From NCBI RefSeq assembly GCF_052425735.1, contig NC_135763.1, positions 36,890,001 through 36,954,000 of the forward strand: a stretch of DNA of 64,000 bases, in the 5' to 3' direction. The position numbers were made by a program, and so were the translations under genes. Origin of the DNA: Oculina patagonica (taxonomy: Eukaryota). The notes under the pieces are model-generated. The model was given only the letters and a program-made list of their open reading frames with translations. It was not told the origin of the DNA and searched no databases. Shown here one piece after another: positions 52,250 to 64,000 of this stretch. The first letter of the stretch is position 1. The number at the start of each line of letters is the position of its first letter.

Positions 52250-53998
52250 CAAACAAAAAAAAAAAAACAAATTACCCAAAAAAAAAACCCCCCCCCCCCC
52301 CGCCCCAAAAAGAAGATATACTACCATTTGCGTCCATCCTTGAAGCGTGACGAAATTTAACGCGTGGTTTTACTTTTAAAACCTCGACGGTTTTGTCTGT
52401 TTACGAGTCACTTTTGAGCAATGAAATGTTTGCAGTCAGGTCGCGAAATTGACAACGTTTTGGCGCCATACGATCATGTTTTCTTCATTAGCTATCAATA
52501 TTTTCAAGATTTGCCTGCTCACTTCGATGAAAGTCTGCTCGGAAAATATTATTGCAATGGAGAGGAGAAAAGTTGACAAGTTTGGAAGGAATTGTCGTCA
52601 GGAGTCGCTTTAGAGCAAGATTTTCAATGCTTGATTTATTTGTTCGAAGTGACACGTAACCAGATAAAACTGTTAACGTTTTAAAAGTAAAACTACGCGC
52701 TAAATTCTCCACGCCTCATGGATGAACGCAAATGGTATTATGTACTCAATTCATCTGCCGCACGAAATACGTCCAAGATCCCACCCCTAAAAATTCCATA
52801 CTGATGACGTAGCCCTACTGAGGTCCGTGTAGCGTCTCTGATTGGTTGTCACGTGCGCGCGAAAATTCAGAACGGAGCAACAGCCAATCAGAGACACAAT
52901 ACGGATCTCTACAGAGCTACGTCATCAGAATGGAATGTTTTGGGGAAAATTTCAGACGTATCTCGAGCGGAGATAAATTGTGCACGCTACGACTCTTTCA
53001 GCTTGCAGTTAATTCTTGCGTTATTAACTGGTTTCTGATGTTAAGCTTACCTGCCCTTGTAGGAAATTAACGCTCATGTTAAGTAATGTATTTGAAATTG
53101 ACGCGAACTGGAGGAAACTTACTCCTGAAAAAAGGCAAATAAACGCGAAAGAGGAGGTAAATTTGTAAAATGAAGGAAATTAACGCGATTAACAGAAGAA
53201 AGTGCGGATTGCGGCGACAACAAGAACAAATTTTGTTTTAACATTGTGTCAGTGTCAGTTGTCGAACTGCTCTTCTGAAAGCAGCCTTGAACTGGAAATA
53301 TCGTAAACATGATACCCGTAGGATTTTACATTGCAAAAAGTCGAAATGCAGTTTGCAAAAAAGAAAGTCAACTATCCAAAATTTGGGGTAATATTAATGG
53401 CGATTAAGGTCCGGGAAATACGAATTTTTAAAATTGGCGTTAATTTCTCATAATAAGGTATATTGTGTCTTTATTTTTCGCTTCAGATGTAGTGGACAGA
53501 CTCAGCCAGATGCCAATTGTTTTAATACCAATCCACTTCGACCGTGATCCCATCGACCACATTCCATCGTGTCAGCGGTCTGTTGTGATCAGAACCTTTA
53601 TAACGAGTGACTTTATGACTGGAATTGCCGCTACACCGGGAAAACAATTACCTATTGAGGTACAGTGCTGTTAAGTCTTATACTGCACTTGACTGTATTG
53701 CTGGTACTGGGTCAAAAACAATCGAGTGGGGTTAGATCTTTATGGGAGCAGGGATGGCGCAGTGGTGAGAGCGCTCGCTTCCCACCAATGTGGCCCGGGT
53801 TCGATTCCTGGACCCGGCGTCATGTGGGTTGAGTTTGTTGTTGGTTCTTGTCCTCACTACTAGGGTTTTTCTCCGGGTTCTCCAGTTTTCCACCCTCCGC
53901 AAAAGTCAACATTGCTTAATTCCAATTTGATCGGAAACAGTGGACGAAGAACCACCTTGTGGAAGTGCCATTGCAAATTCCCAAATTCCCAAATTCCC

Positions 53999-54029
<31 letters not shown>

Positions 54030-54796
54030 TGTCTGCCTTTTTAATTACATCTGCAAATGGTTAGATTTTCTTTCTTCTCGGAAAAAAAAAAAAAACCGAC
54101 CCCCCTTCTTTTTCTTTTTATTTTATATAAGGGGGAAAAAAAAAAACCCACCCAATATAAAAAAAAAGGGGGGCCCCACCCCCCCGGGTGGGGGGCGGCG
54201 AGCCCCCCCATATAAAAAAAAAAAAAAAAAAAAAGCATAAATTTATTTATTTGTTTATCTTGGCATTTCGTGGTTATCTTCTTCTTATAGCTCATTGTCT
54301 ATTGGTGTCAGACTGTCGTTCAACTCCGAATTCACGTGGGTGGTTCGCGTTCCCTAAAAAACACAAATTTGGTCATTTTACGTTGTTGTTTTGCCCCTAG
54401 ATATATAACGTACGTTAACGGTCAATGCTGTTTTCCGTCAATCAAAGAGCCAACAACCGCCCTTGCATCATAAAGATTTGAACAATTAATCAAGAACTTT
54501 ATCAAATGGCATTAGTGACCATATTACAGTTTATTTAAGCAAACCGAGACAGCGAAGGTAGTAAGAAGTTTGGAAAACCAACAAATCAAAAGAGGAAAAA
54601 GAAATGATTGTCTCATACTTTTCTGCAGGTAGTACTAGCCCCGTTTGCACACAAGTCTTACTTTGCATATTTTTTTGTTTACTTTTTTTTTCAGGTTTTG
54701 AATGAAATGGTTGCAGCTTTGAAAGAGGTACAAGGCATCTCACGAGTTCTGTACGATTTGACTTCCAAGCCTCCAGGGACCACAGAGTGGGAATAA
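37943..54796 (+). CDS. GMPS: GMP synthase (glutamine-hydrolysing), 18 exons, 701 aa
   Basis: Exons 37943-38083, 39275-39366, 39963-40077, 40424-40521, 41132-41235, 41359-41459, 42161-42253, 43136-43189, 45966-46077, 46788-46939, 47237-47297, 48104-48216, 49505-49610, 50165-50280, 51003-51244, 51913-52043, 53487-53659, 54695-54796; all GT-AG and phase-consistent (2106 nt). Motifs [50 protein letters not shown]. Confidence 0.97.
42533..43070 (+). mobile_element. tRNA-derived SINE interrupted by a Harbinger-like MITE (42577-42836)
   Basis: tRNA-like head ggcatagttgcctaatggttagtgtgctggactccag|attgagaggtctgggtt; body tgtgttcttggacaagacac...agtgcctctc; MITE carries a CAG TSD. Confidence 0.65.
43790..45428. 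mobile_element. 1.64-kb non-autonomous DNA transposon, MULE-like (9-bp TSD)
   Basis: TIRs AGCAGGAGGGCATTTTGCG.GCGCATGCGT; TSD TGCTACAGT at 43781-43789 and 45429-45437. Confidence 0.85.
45434..45874. mobile_element. Tc1/mariner-type MITE
   Basis: TA|CAGTAAAAACCCGCGTGTAAGAACCT ... AGGTTCTTACACGCGGGTTTTTACTG|TA; internal aagaacct repeats. Confidence 0.85.
46130..46490 (+). mobile_element. L1/Tx1 LINE ORF2 C-terminal fragment
   Basis: CSFIRDFW...[12 protein letters not shown] and a downstream LWKPLL, typical of the region after the zinc finger in L1/Tx1 ORF2. Confidence 0.55.
47033..47093 (+). pseudogene. truncated tRNA-like fragment (possibly Thr-AGT derived) or SINE head
   Basis: D-arm remnant gtagtggatatcac, anticodon arm cctga-ctAGTaa-cagg, T-loop gggttcgaatcc; no 5' acceptor stem. 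Confidence 0.5.
47522..48033. mobile_element. Tc1/mariner (pogo-like) MITE; related degraded copy at ~53050-53458
   Basis: TA|CCTTATTATAGGAAAT ... ATTTCCTATAATAAGG|TA, internal aattaacgcg repeats. Confidence 0.75.
48934..49200 (+). mobile_element. degraded tRNA-derived SINE (same family as 53743)
   Basis: gggagcagggatggtgcagtggtgagagcactc...ggttgagtttgttgttggttcttg. Confidence 0.65.
49280..49464. other. assembly gap (N run)
   Basis: run of N. Confidence 1.
49635..50027. mobile_element. Kolobok-like (TTAA-flanked) MITE
   Basis: TTAA|AAGGGACTGTGTCACGG ... CCGTGACACAGTCCT|TTAA; further copies at 60024, ~61030 and 61642. Confidence 0.75.
52324..52735. mobile_element. MITE with ~90-bp imperfect TIRs and TA flanks
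   Basis: CCATTTGCGTCCATCC...TTTTACTTTTAAAAC mirrored by GTTTTAAAAGTAAAA...GGATGAACGCAAATGG. Confidence 0.7.
53743..53998 (+). mobile_element. near full-length tRNA-derived SINE
   Basis: A box TGGCGCAGTGG, B box GGTTCGATTCC, conserved body, (CAAATTCC)n tail. Confidence 0.8.
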
Positions 54797-56174
54797 TCAA
54801 ATCCCAGGCGAAAGTATGCGCCTTAAAGAAACGACCTGGAGTAACGGGCCTGTATTTATTGAAGACTGCTGGTAGTTCAACTTAAACTAGCAACAACAAA
54901 TTGTGAAATTCCTAGTTCGTGGTTTAAAGTAAAACTTCACACAAACATCATGTCTTGACCAAGAATCGTAGACATTTGCAAACACAAGCGTGTTGATAAT
55001 TATGACGTGTTCTGTACCCACTGCACTGTGCGTGTCAATCATTGTTTACGCAGCCAATCACGAAAGCTAGGAGTTGCGCGACGAAGACCTTGTAAAGCCG
55101 ATACTACAAAGCGTCATTTCCGAAGATAGTACTGGACTAAATCACTTTTTTTGTTTCGAATTCAGATAGAATAGAAATCCTTGCTTATCTGACAAGACAA
55201 CTTTGCTTCTAATTCATTTTCAAGAGTGATACGTGTGACAATTAGTCAGGAAAACTTGATATTCCAACTTAGTGCTTCGGGTTAAGGTAACCGTATTTAG
55301 GATCAACTAGGGATATTGTCTTTGTGTGACACAATTTCTCAAAACTGACGGCCTGTTTATATGGGGAAAAGTTGTCCCGTGTAGGAGGGTTAACGTCCAT
55401 ACCGAGCCACCCCGGGCGAGAGAGCTTTTCATACTTTTCTTTATAAATAGCAGTGAACTGTTTATATGAGAAATTTCAAAGTTGGTTCGGGGGGGGGCAA
55501 GGTGACCCTGGGTGGAGGGTCACTCGCTTTGAAGGCAGTGCGAGGGGGGGGGGCCGGCCCCCCCCCCAGACACAGACTGAAGAAAACGAGGCACGACCAG
55601 GAGCAAAACGCCCACACAGAAAGGACAACAAAAAAAGCCAGCCAATGAGAAATGCCAAGCGAGGAAAGCCGGAGAAGCGAAAAAGCAGCCAGCCAGCAGG
55701 GGGGCAGCCCCAGACCAGCGGCCGCGCCCCGGCGCCGCGGCGCCCCCCACTTTTACCCTGCTACGGCACTGGAAGGTAGGGTGGCCCTAGGGAGCGAGCC
55801 AACTTTTTCTCATTTAAACACTTTGGCTCTTTTTGACTAGCTTACCAGGGACCAATCTCGTTCCCAGAGTCTACGTTCCCCTTGACACAGCATGCGTGAA
55901 ACTGGGAGGGCCTATTTTTGGCTCGGTTGACAGGGCCAACTTTTCTCATATAAACGCTAGTTAATAGGTGGCTCGGAGGAGAGGGTAACACTCCTATCAA
56001 GGACAACGTTTCTTCATATAATTCATATTATTGAATTGTAACACTTGTTATTATGCATTTTTGCTTAAAGAAGACACTTGAGACAACTGGGTTAATAAAC
56101 TGGGTTATTTAATACATGTAATCCTTCATTAAATCGATAATTTATCTTGCTATTATTATTTAATCTATATTTGC

Positions 56175-56420
56175 NNNNNNNNNNNNNNNNNNNNNNNNNN
56201 NNNNNNNNNNNNNNNNNNNNNNNNNNNNNNNNNNNNNNNNNNNNNNNNNNNNNNNNNNNNNNNNNNNNNNNNNNNNNNNNNNNNNNNNNNNNNNNNNNNN
56301 NNNNNNNNNNNNNNNNNNNNNNNNNNNNNNNNNNNNNNNNNNNNNNNNNNNNNNNNNNNNNNNNNNNNNNNNNNNNNNNNNNNNNNNNNNNNNNNNNNNN
56401 NNNNNNNNNNNNNNNNNNNN
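56175..56420. other. assembly gap (N run)
   Basis: run of N. Confidence 1.
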
Positions 56421-56889
56421 ATGCTGTATATTTCGTGCTAGGAACGTTAAATGTCCAGAATAGAAGGAATTGAAAATACAATTTACTTGTAACAAGTTTC
56501 AGTTGATTTTCAACATTTTTTTGAAGGCAACGGCCTTTTGTTTAATAAACTACAAGAAACCATCTGCAAGATGTCTTTGTAAGGAGAAGAATGGTATTTG
56601 GAAACTGACTAAGAAATGCAGTGTACTCATAAACGTTTTTCATTCTTGTGAGAATAATTTCTTGTTTATAAGGTTTAAAAAATATCTATAAGTTAGTCTA
56701 GCTTGTTAGTATGTAATTGACTTTGTAAATAGCATTTTTAATATCTGCAATTAAAATAAAGTTCTTGTTATATATTTTGCTTCTATTTTTTTTCTGTAAT
56801 CTTATAATGAGATACCAGTTTGATTATTTCCCCTGTGAAATGTAGATAATCTGGATACCTCTCCTATTTCTCGATCCCTTTAAAATTAC

Positions 56890-57026
56890 GGATCAATTTA
56901 GGTTTCTGGGAAACTGCTCACCTACCCCTCCCCAAACCTAACATTTTGCCCAAAGCGATAAGTAAGGGTTAATGTTAGGTTTGGGGAGGGGTAGGTGAGC
57001 AGTTTCCCAGAAACCTAAATTGATCC
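56890..57026. mobile_element. hAT-like palindromic MITE; truncated copy at ~2977
   Basis: ~55-bp perfect TIRs GGATCAATTTAGGTTTCTGGGAAACTGC...; 8-bp TSD AAAATTAC at 56882-56889 and 57027-57034. Confidence 0.88.
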
Positions 57027-58090
57027 AAAATTACTGATGTGCTATAAGGCCATACTCAAAAGATTTTTGAGAACACTAAATTTAAAGTTTGCAATATAGA
57101 AAGTACGCAAAATAGTAGAACAGTTGAATGATTTCATTATTTTCTAACTTTTTAATTGATAGATTTTTTCTGTGAATGGTATAATTTCTCTTCCTCTTAG
57201 CTAAAAATACTCTTATTTACAAATTCAAAATTGGTTTGTCGTGTCAACTTACTTCTTTGGCTCGCAAATAATTTACTGTAGGTTTAACCTACCTCTATAC
57301 ATTTTTTACTGTTATTAAAAAAAATATTTCAATCTGTGTCAAGCAAAACCGTTTCAGGATTTTGGGTCAAGAACTTTGTTTAACCAAATTATTACGCGTG
57401 CTGTGATTTGTTTATCAAATCCGAAAACGTATCGTGACAGTAATTATGCTGGCTAGTTGCGCTCATTTGAAGTTGTGGGCAGCAAGCAAAGTCAAGGAGA
57501 TAAGTGCAGTGTAATGATTTCTTTACGTTCTAAGGGAAACGAGAATTGGTTGGAGAAACCGGGGGTAAGATTGCAGTGTTTGACTGAGTCAAGCAGATCA
57601 AGAGAAACAGCTGGAGTTATTGGGAGGGTCGGGAAATCGAAATTCCACTGAACCTGTGAATGGCGGATTCTGAAACAAGACTGCGCCCGCAGTTTCGTGT
57701 CGTGGTTGCTAAGCAACTGATCGCGCTATCGGAGTACTCTCGAGTGCTCGTGCAATTTTTTTGATTGGATAATAAAATTCGAAAAGTTTATGAGTGCTTC
57801 AACGAAGATTTACTTAAAACGGCACAAGATCCCGGACTGAGCGCGTAATTGGTCACGACGTTACCATTGCAACAGGCGAGATCAGTTGCCGTTTGACTGC
57901 AGTGGTATTAAACTATGATTGACGGTAATTTATAAGACAGACTGTTGAAACGATTTTTGACGTTCTTAGTTCGTTTAAGTCCGTTTAACCGCTACAAGCT
58001 ACATATCATTTGCGCCTGTCTTTCCTTCAAATCTTGAATTTTCCTCTGTGAGGTTCAGTTCTTTTATAACTGAAGTTGGCCGTTTTTTTC

Positions 58091-58599
58091 TCAGGTCGCT
58101 AATTGCCTTGTTCCCGTCACCAGTCTCTCGCTGACCGAATCCGACGCACATCGACTGTAGCAGTGCTGAAGATACGGCAGGAAGAATCCAAGACATCCGT
58201 CGCTAGGCAACAAAGCAAGGAACTCACTTGGAGTCACTATTCTGGAGAGCTGCTCAAGAGTTCCTGGGTATAAATGAAAAGAGAAGACTGATTGGACATT
58301 CCACAGACTAACATTAAGTTATTTAAATTTATTTATAATAAGCAACCAGCATTTTTGTTATCTGACGCCCAACAAGTGTGTGCACTGTGCTCGGAACAGA
58401 CCTCGCAAAAACCCCTGTTGTATTTCAAGTTTATTAAAAACTAGCCATGGTATATTGCAATTCCTGAGTTTTGATTGGTTTACAGCCCATGGTATATGAG
58501 CTCATAACCCATGTATCACAAATAGGATAGGTGTTTGCGTCAGCGAGAACAGCCGGAGAGCTCAAATATTGCAATTATTAGTTTGTTTTTAATAAAACG

Positions 58600-58631
<32 letters not shown>

Positions 58632-61600
58632 AGTTATAGCCAACTCGGCGCTTCGTGCCTTGTTGACTACCTACCATCTCATATCCAACAAGCGCTCATG
58701 GAAAAATATTCATAGCTTGCAAATGTTACCTTTTAAGACTGCCACAATGGTGACCCTCTTGGACTCTGAATCATCACTGTTCGTTTCTTCTTTACACATG
58801 TCAAGTAAGGTGTGAACCAGATGCGACCACTAATAAAAAAAAAAAACGATTATGCTGAACAAACAAAAAGTCTGTGAGTGAGGGGTCGGGTAGCAGCTCT
58901 TGCAAGGTCTTGCATGAATGGCTTAGAGCAGTTTTCAATTGAGTGTCGTAAAACCAAAACCAAAACCAAAACCAAAGTAATTACTCTGACCAATCACAAA
59001 GGACACAGACAATCGAGTGAACCAATCAAAACTCGAAGCAATTACATGTAGTTGGCACAAAGCGCGGGAAAACGTGCGCGAGCGAGTCACAATTGGTTTT
59101 GGTTTTACTCCTGATTGGCCGAGAAAGTGGCGCGAAATTTTTAAACCAATCACTAAGCGTAGTGAACGCAAAACCAAAGAAAACGCAAATTACTTTCGAC
59201 ACTCAAGTGAAAACCGCTCTACTACTCTTCGAGAGAACAACAGAACAAACAACAGGAACAATGCCCCTAGCCCCCAAACAAAATAGCAACTGCTACACTA
59301 GAGGACCAGCAGAACTACAAGCTTTCTACTACTGAATCATGAGCAAGTGATGTTCATGACAACGACTTGTACTATCTTTTAATCTGTTCGCTTCTAAAGA
59401 AACTTTGGTGCAGTATTTGTGGGCAAGTGAAAACCTTGGCTAATTATCAACTTGAATTGAAAAAGCGAAATTGAACGATGTTGCCATTTTTGATTTATTG
59501 ATGTCTGAAGTTTCGAACGTTAACCATTCGCCAAAACACAAAGGACTTGATAATCTCAGGCGAAAAAAAACTTGACTTGAAACCGGATCTCCAAAGGCGG
59601 TTTGCAGAAAAAAAAAAACAGAAGGGAGATTTCCAGTGTTATAATTCGTATAAAAAAGGACAATTTCGTTTTTTATGGGAGAGTTTCTTAGAAATTATTT
59701 TAATCTTGCTCCGCTTCACTAGTGCCGCAGGGGATAACTGAAAATATTTCTTCACTTTAGCAGTAACAACTAACCTTGTCAACATCCTGGCCAAAATAAT
59801 ATTCTGCATAAGGTAATGTTATCATTGGAAACTCATCCAAAACAACAGCAATAGCCTACAAAACAACAGAAAATGAGGCGCTTATGACAAGGCAATTCTT
59901 GTGGGCTTTGTGGACAAGAGGACAATCTGTCTGCCTGACTGTTCTGTGGAAGTGTCTTGAACCAGTTTTAAGGGGACTCAACATTAACCACAGGAAGCTA
60001 AACAATAATGACAGTGGTTATAAAGGGACTGTGTCACGACTGAGTTTAGTTTATTACTGTAAGATCTGCCAAATACTCGTTATATGAAACTTAATGTTTG
60101 CGAAGAAGTTACTTCTATGGATCTAAATGACAAAACCATAGCTTCATTACCACCAGATGTGTCTCACGGGCGTTATAATTTAAAGTTACAAGCAAACAAG
60201 ACTAACTTTAAAAAAACTGTTCAGCCCAACAATATTTCAAAAACTCATATCGCCATCCGTTTCAATCTTCGTCGCTTTTGGCCATCCGTACCTTCTCTTG
60301 TAATTAGTGTGTTATTGAAATGCTCCTTCACTGTTTCAAGAGGTTATTCTTATATTTCAATGAATTTGATGGTCATTTTCCATGCTTAATTTTAGCTCAA
60401 TCCGTGACGCAGTCCCTTTAATATTTAGAAGTAAGGATGACTGACGATGGAGAGGATAGAATTAAATTGCGATATGGACAAACGTAAAACACGAGGGTCA
60501 AGGTTTTTTACTTGCTTTCGAAAACCGTTAAAAAGCTGGTCGAGAAATGGGAAAAAGTTTACGCACAAGATAAAGGTTCGCCCCCTTGCAATGTGACTTA
60601 AACAAGTGAATGTGGCACAGTAAAAATTCTACTAAGTAGTCACATATTATAGTTCGTACATAATATATTAAACTTCTCAAAGGAAGTTCCTTTCTTACCT
60701 CAGAATGTCTGTTAACATGCGGCAAACAGAGAAGCAGTAAAGAGGTCCTTTCTTTAATCTTTTGGCCTTCAAGTTTGCTCAAAACAAAATTACACAACTC
60801 ACTGCTAACAAACTGAGAACACAGCAGCGCCTGAAGAAGACGAGAAATTTATATTTCAGCAATGACATACAGTAATACTTATTCAGGGCTAGTTTGGTTT
60901 TGTTTGTCTAAGACGGTTCTCGATTGAGTGTCGTAAAACCAAAACCAAAGTATAAATCACTCTGGCCAATTACAAAGGACGCGGACAATCCAGTCAACCA
61001 ATTTACACTTGAAGAAAATACATGAAGCCGGGAATTACTTATTCGGATCTAAATGACAAAACCATAGCTTCATTGCAACCAAATGTGTCTCCCGGGCGTT
61101 ATAATTTAAAGTTACAAGCAAACAAGATCAACATTGAAAACTGTTCAGCCCAAAAAAATTTCAAAAACCCGTATCGCAATCTGTTTAAATCTTCGCTGCT
61201 TTTGGCCATCCATACCTTCTTTTGTATTCGGAGTCTTATTGAAATGTTCCTTCACTGTTTTACGAGGTTATTTTAATATTTCATCGAATTTGATGGGCAT
61301 TTACCATGCCTAAATTAAGCTAAAATCCGTGACACAGTCCCTTTAAGTTGAGTTTACTACAGTTACAAACCAGTCACCTGAAGTTTCATCAGATCTTCAT
61401 TACAGCAACAACAGCTGCACTCACTAAGGCTCGCTGGCGTGTCTACACCGCGCGGAGGTGTAAGATAAGGAGCTTTAGCAGCTGTTCGTCTGGATGGACC
61501 GGAGAACAGTGACGTGGACCGTGATAGTTGAGGAGAGCCCTGGGTAGAGACTGGCTTGTAACAGGGGCAGCCTGGGACTCCAGGAAGAGGCAATGAGCCT

Positions 61601-63837
61601 GGAAATCAGAATGCAAATACTTTACTTATACACTTTGTTAAAGGGACTGTGTCACGGCTGATAAGTTTATTTTATTAAGTTTTGCCAAACACTCGCTATG
61701 AAACTTTATGTTTGCAAACAAATTACTTCTATGCATCTTAATGAAAAAACCATAGCTTCATTGCAACCATTTGCCGGTATCTCCCGTGCGTTAAAATCTA
61801 AGGTTACAAGCAAACGAGATTAACTTTGAAAACTGTTCAGCGCAACAATCTTTTAAAAATCCATATCGCAATCCGTTTCAATCTTGCTTTTGGCCATCCG
61901 TACCTTCTTTGGTATTTGCTGTGTTATTGAAATGTTCCTTCACTGTTTTAAGAGGCTATTTTTATATTTCAACGAATTTGATGGTCATTTCCCAAGCCCT
62001 AAATTAGCTAAAATCCGTGAGCCAAAAATAGAACAAGACTGCAAACCGTGCTTGCGGAGGTACTACTACAAGTTCACGAGGCCTAGCTGTAATTCAACTA
62101 GCTGTTGACTAGAACTCGACAAGGCCTCAATTGGCACTAAACTGAAGATCACGAGCTTACACTGTAAGTACGACGTATTCGCCGAATTACACAGTTGTAA
62201 AACTACAACATGCATGTCCTTGCAAAACGTAAAATTAAGGCACGAAGTACTTTTTCGAGCTGTCCGTAGAATCGTTTGCGTAGCAACTTATCGTTTCTCA
62301 CTGATGGTAGACGAAATACTAAGAGTTTCTACAAGCAAACAATAGTTAGTTTTAAATTGTTAATATTTGCCTAAACGCTTAAATTGGCATTTTAAAAATA
62401 ATTAACTGACCTTGAAAAGGTGACAGTTTGTTTAGCCACGGATGACGTGTTCCAAAATGCCCTTTCCCTTTAGGCTAGAATAACAAACAACATAGTGTCA
62501 CTTAAGTGTTTACATCATTATTATGTCACTAACCATCACTTTAATATTTTTACACGACACTAACTCTGCTTTTTTCGCAACTTCCCTTCTACCCCCACCC
62601 TACTGCCCTGCCCCATACATTTCCCACTATCTTTTTCTTGTCGTAAGCATGGCTATATAAATCAATTTTATTGCCCAATATAGCCTTTATAGCCCAATAT
62701 AGCCTTTTTGCCCAATTTAGCCTTTTTAGCTGTCCGATCAACCTTGCATTTGGTTTATCGTTTTTCTCTATATTGCTGATCCTGAACTACGTCAAGATCC
62801 GGCTTCACTTCGCTGCTGTTTGTACAAGTGGTCCTTGCATTATTCCAGAGGTACCTATATAAATCACGAATAAGAGCTTGTTTATGTGAAGAAACGTTGT
62901 CCCTAGTAAAACAGTTACCCTTTTCCCCGAGCTATCTTTATCGAACGTGACTTGAGAAAAGTTGTCCCTGCCAACCCAGTTGTCCCCGCCCCTACCCCCA
63001 ATCTCTCCCGGTTTCACGCATGCTCTGTATGTCCAGACTTCTCTCTGGTAGGCGAGTCAAACGTTTCCAAAGTGTATACACGGAGGAAAGTTGACTCCCC
63101 AAGTTGACTCACCCAACCTTCAAAACGCGTGACCTTCTAGCCCGGGTCACCCTACCCCCTGTGCCAACTTTGCCATTTCTCAAGTAAACGGATCGCAGCT
63201 ACTAGAGATATTAGAGAGATTAAGCATGACGTTATACGGCAAACGGCAAACTCGAGCTTGCCTTTCATTTTGTTACCTTTTTATCGAATTCTAAAATTTA
63301 TCCCTCATAAAAATAGGAAAAAAGTCCTACATTCACGACAAGCACAAAACTACTTATTTCCGCGAACGAACGCCAAACGGCGGACGGTAAAAATTCAATT
63401 TTGGTCGTTTGCGGGAAAGATAAACGTCATGCTTAACCTCTCTATTAAGCAGGACGTTATACGGCAAACGCGAGCTTGTCTTTCAATTTCTTACCTTTCT
63501 ATCAAATTCTAAACTTACTCCCTCATAAAAATAGTGAAAAAATCCCACACTCACGACAAACACAAAACTACTCATTTCCGGCGAACGAACGGCAGACGGC
63601 AAAAGTTGAATTTTAGCCGTTCGCTGGAAAAATCAACGTCAAGCTTAATCTCCCTTTTTATAAAGAAATGTATGAAAAGCTCTCTCACCCGGGCAGCTCT
63701 GAATGAAGGGTAACCCTAACCCTAACAGGCCCTAAGTTAGTATATGACGCACTTACAACATGTTGATGAGATAAGGATGCCTGACGCTTTTTGTGGGTGC
63801 TTCCAATTCTTTCCAAGTAAATTCCACACAATGAAAT
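58091..63837 (-). CDS. HPS3: Hermansky-Pudlak syndrome 3 protein (BLOC-2 subunit), 3' part; 5' exons lie beyond the window
   Basis: Exons 63837-63757, 62474-62411, 61598-61378, 60830-60699, 59855-59775, 58829-58730, 58263-58091, GT-AG and phase-consistent; HFGTRHPWL, EDLMKLQALLCS, LPYA, FLALLPSDGCLGFFLPYLQHC, compared with human EDLSKLQSLIC and VLPEDGTATFFLPYLLYC as recalled. Confidence 0.85.
58926..59219. mobile_element. TA-flanked MITE; partial copies near 60910-61020 and 63900-64000
   Basis: GAGCAGTTTTCAATTGAGTGTCG ... CGACACTCAAGTGAAAACCGCTC. Confidence 0.75.
60024..60417. mobile_element. Kolobok-like MITE (copy 2)
   Basis: AGGGACTGTGTCACGA ... CCGTGACGCAGTCCCT|TTAA. Confidence 0.75.
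61030..61342. mobile_element. Kolobok-like MITE (copy 3, 5' truncated)
   Basis: body matches copies 1 and 2; ends CCGTGACACAGTCCCT|TTAA. Confidence 0.7.
61642..62020. mobile_element. Kolobok-like MITE (copy 4, 3' end clipped)
   Basis: TTAA|AGGGACTGTGTCACGG ... AAAATCCGTGA. Confidence 0.7.
63212..63655. mobile_element. two tandem copies of a ~220-bp MITE
   Basis: AGAGAGATTAAGCATGACGTT ... AACGTCATGCTTAACCTCTCT, repeated from ~63445. Confidence 0.6.
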
Positions 63838-64000
63838 CTGAAAAGAATGCATTTCTCCCAGTGAGTTAAGATTATCATTTACTTTAAACAATTGGCCAAA
63901 GTTATTATTTTGGCAAATCACAAGATACGAACAATCCAGTGAACCAATCAAATCTCAATCAAACTAGCCCCTGATGTAGACGGAGCGAAGCGCGGAATAA

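Noticed and set aside
57999-58196. 65-aa ORF MSWILPAV...
   Set aside because: Alternative frame overlapping the true last exon of HPS3
62680-62730. Three copies of an ~18-bp unit gcccaatatagccttt
   Set aside because: Simple minisatellite with no spacers; not CRISPR-like
62743-62854. Exon-like segment in an HPS3 intron
   Set aside because: Stops in all three frames; the flanking exons 63757 and 62474 already join in phase 0

Overview
Eukaryotic, AT-rich, intron-containing DNA; the gene content and repeat landscape fit an anthozoan cnidarian, probably a stony coral (inference). Left to right: (1) a spliced insulin-like peptide gene on the minus strand (5106-5704) followed by a repeat-rich ~15 kb stretch with no clear protein-coding gene; (2) three intronless TMEM177-like paralogues on the minus strand, two with a complete M48-type (Ste24/Oma1/HtpX) zinc-metalloprotease motif set and one that has lost it, with a two-exon THAP zinc-finger gene between them; (3) two tandem Mab-21/cGAS-like nucleotidyltransferase (cGLR) genes, one broken by a low-complexity insert or assembly artefact and one by a single in-frame TAG; (4) a C18orf21/RMP24-like Rpr2-family gene head-to-head with an 18-exon GMP synthase gene; (5) the last seven coding exons of HPS3 on the minus strand. 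MITEs (hAT-, Harbinger-, Tc1/mariner-, Kolobok- and MULE-like), SINEs, LINE fragments and a Crypton-like remnant are common. There are two N-gaps and several homopolymer-rich patches that look like poor gap-fill. The most notable signal is the TMEM177 array with apparently intact protease active sites, since human TMEM177 as I recall it lacks HExxH. All family calls come from motif recognition; no database searches were run.
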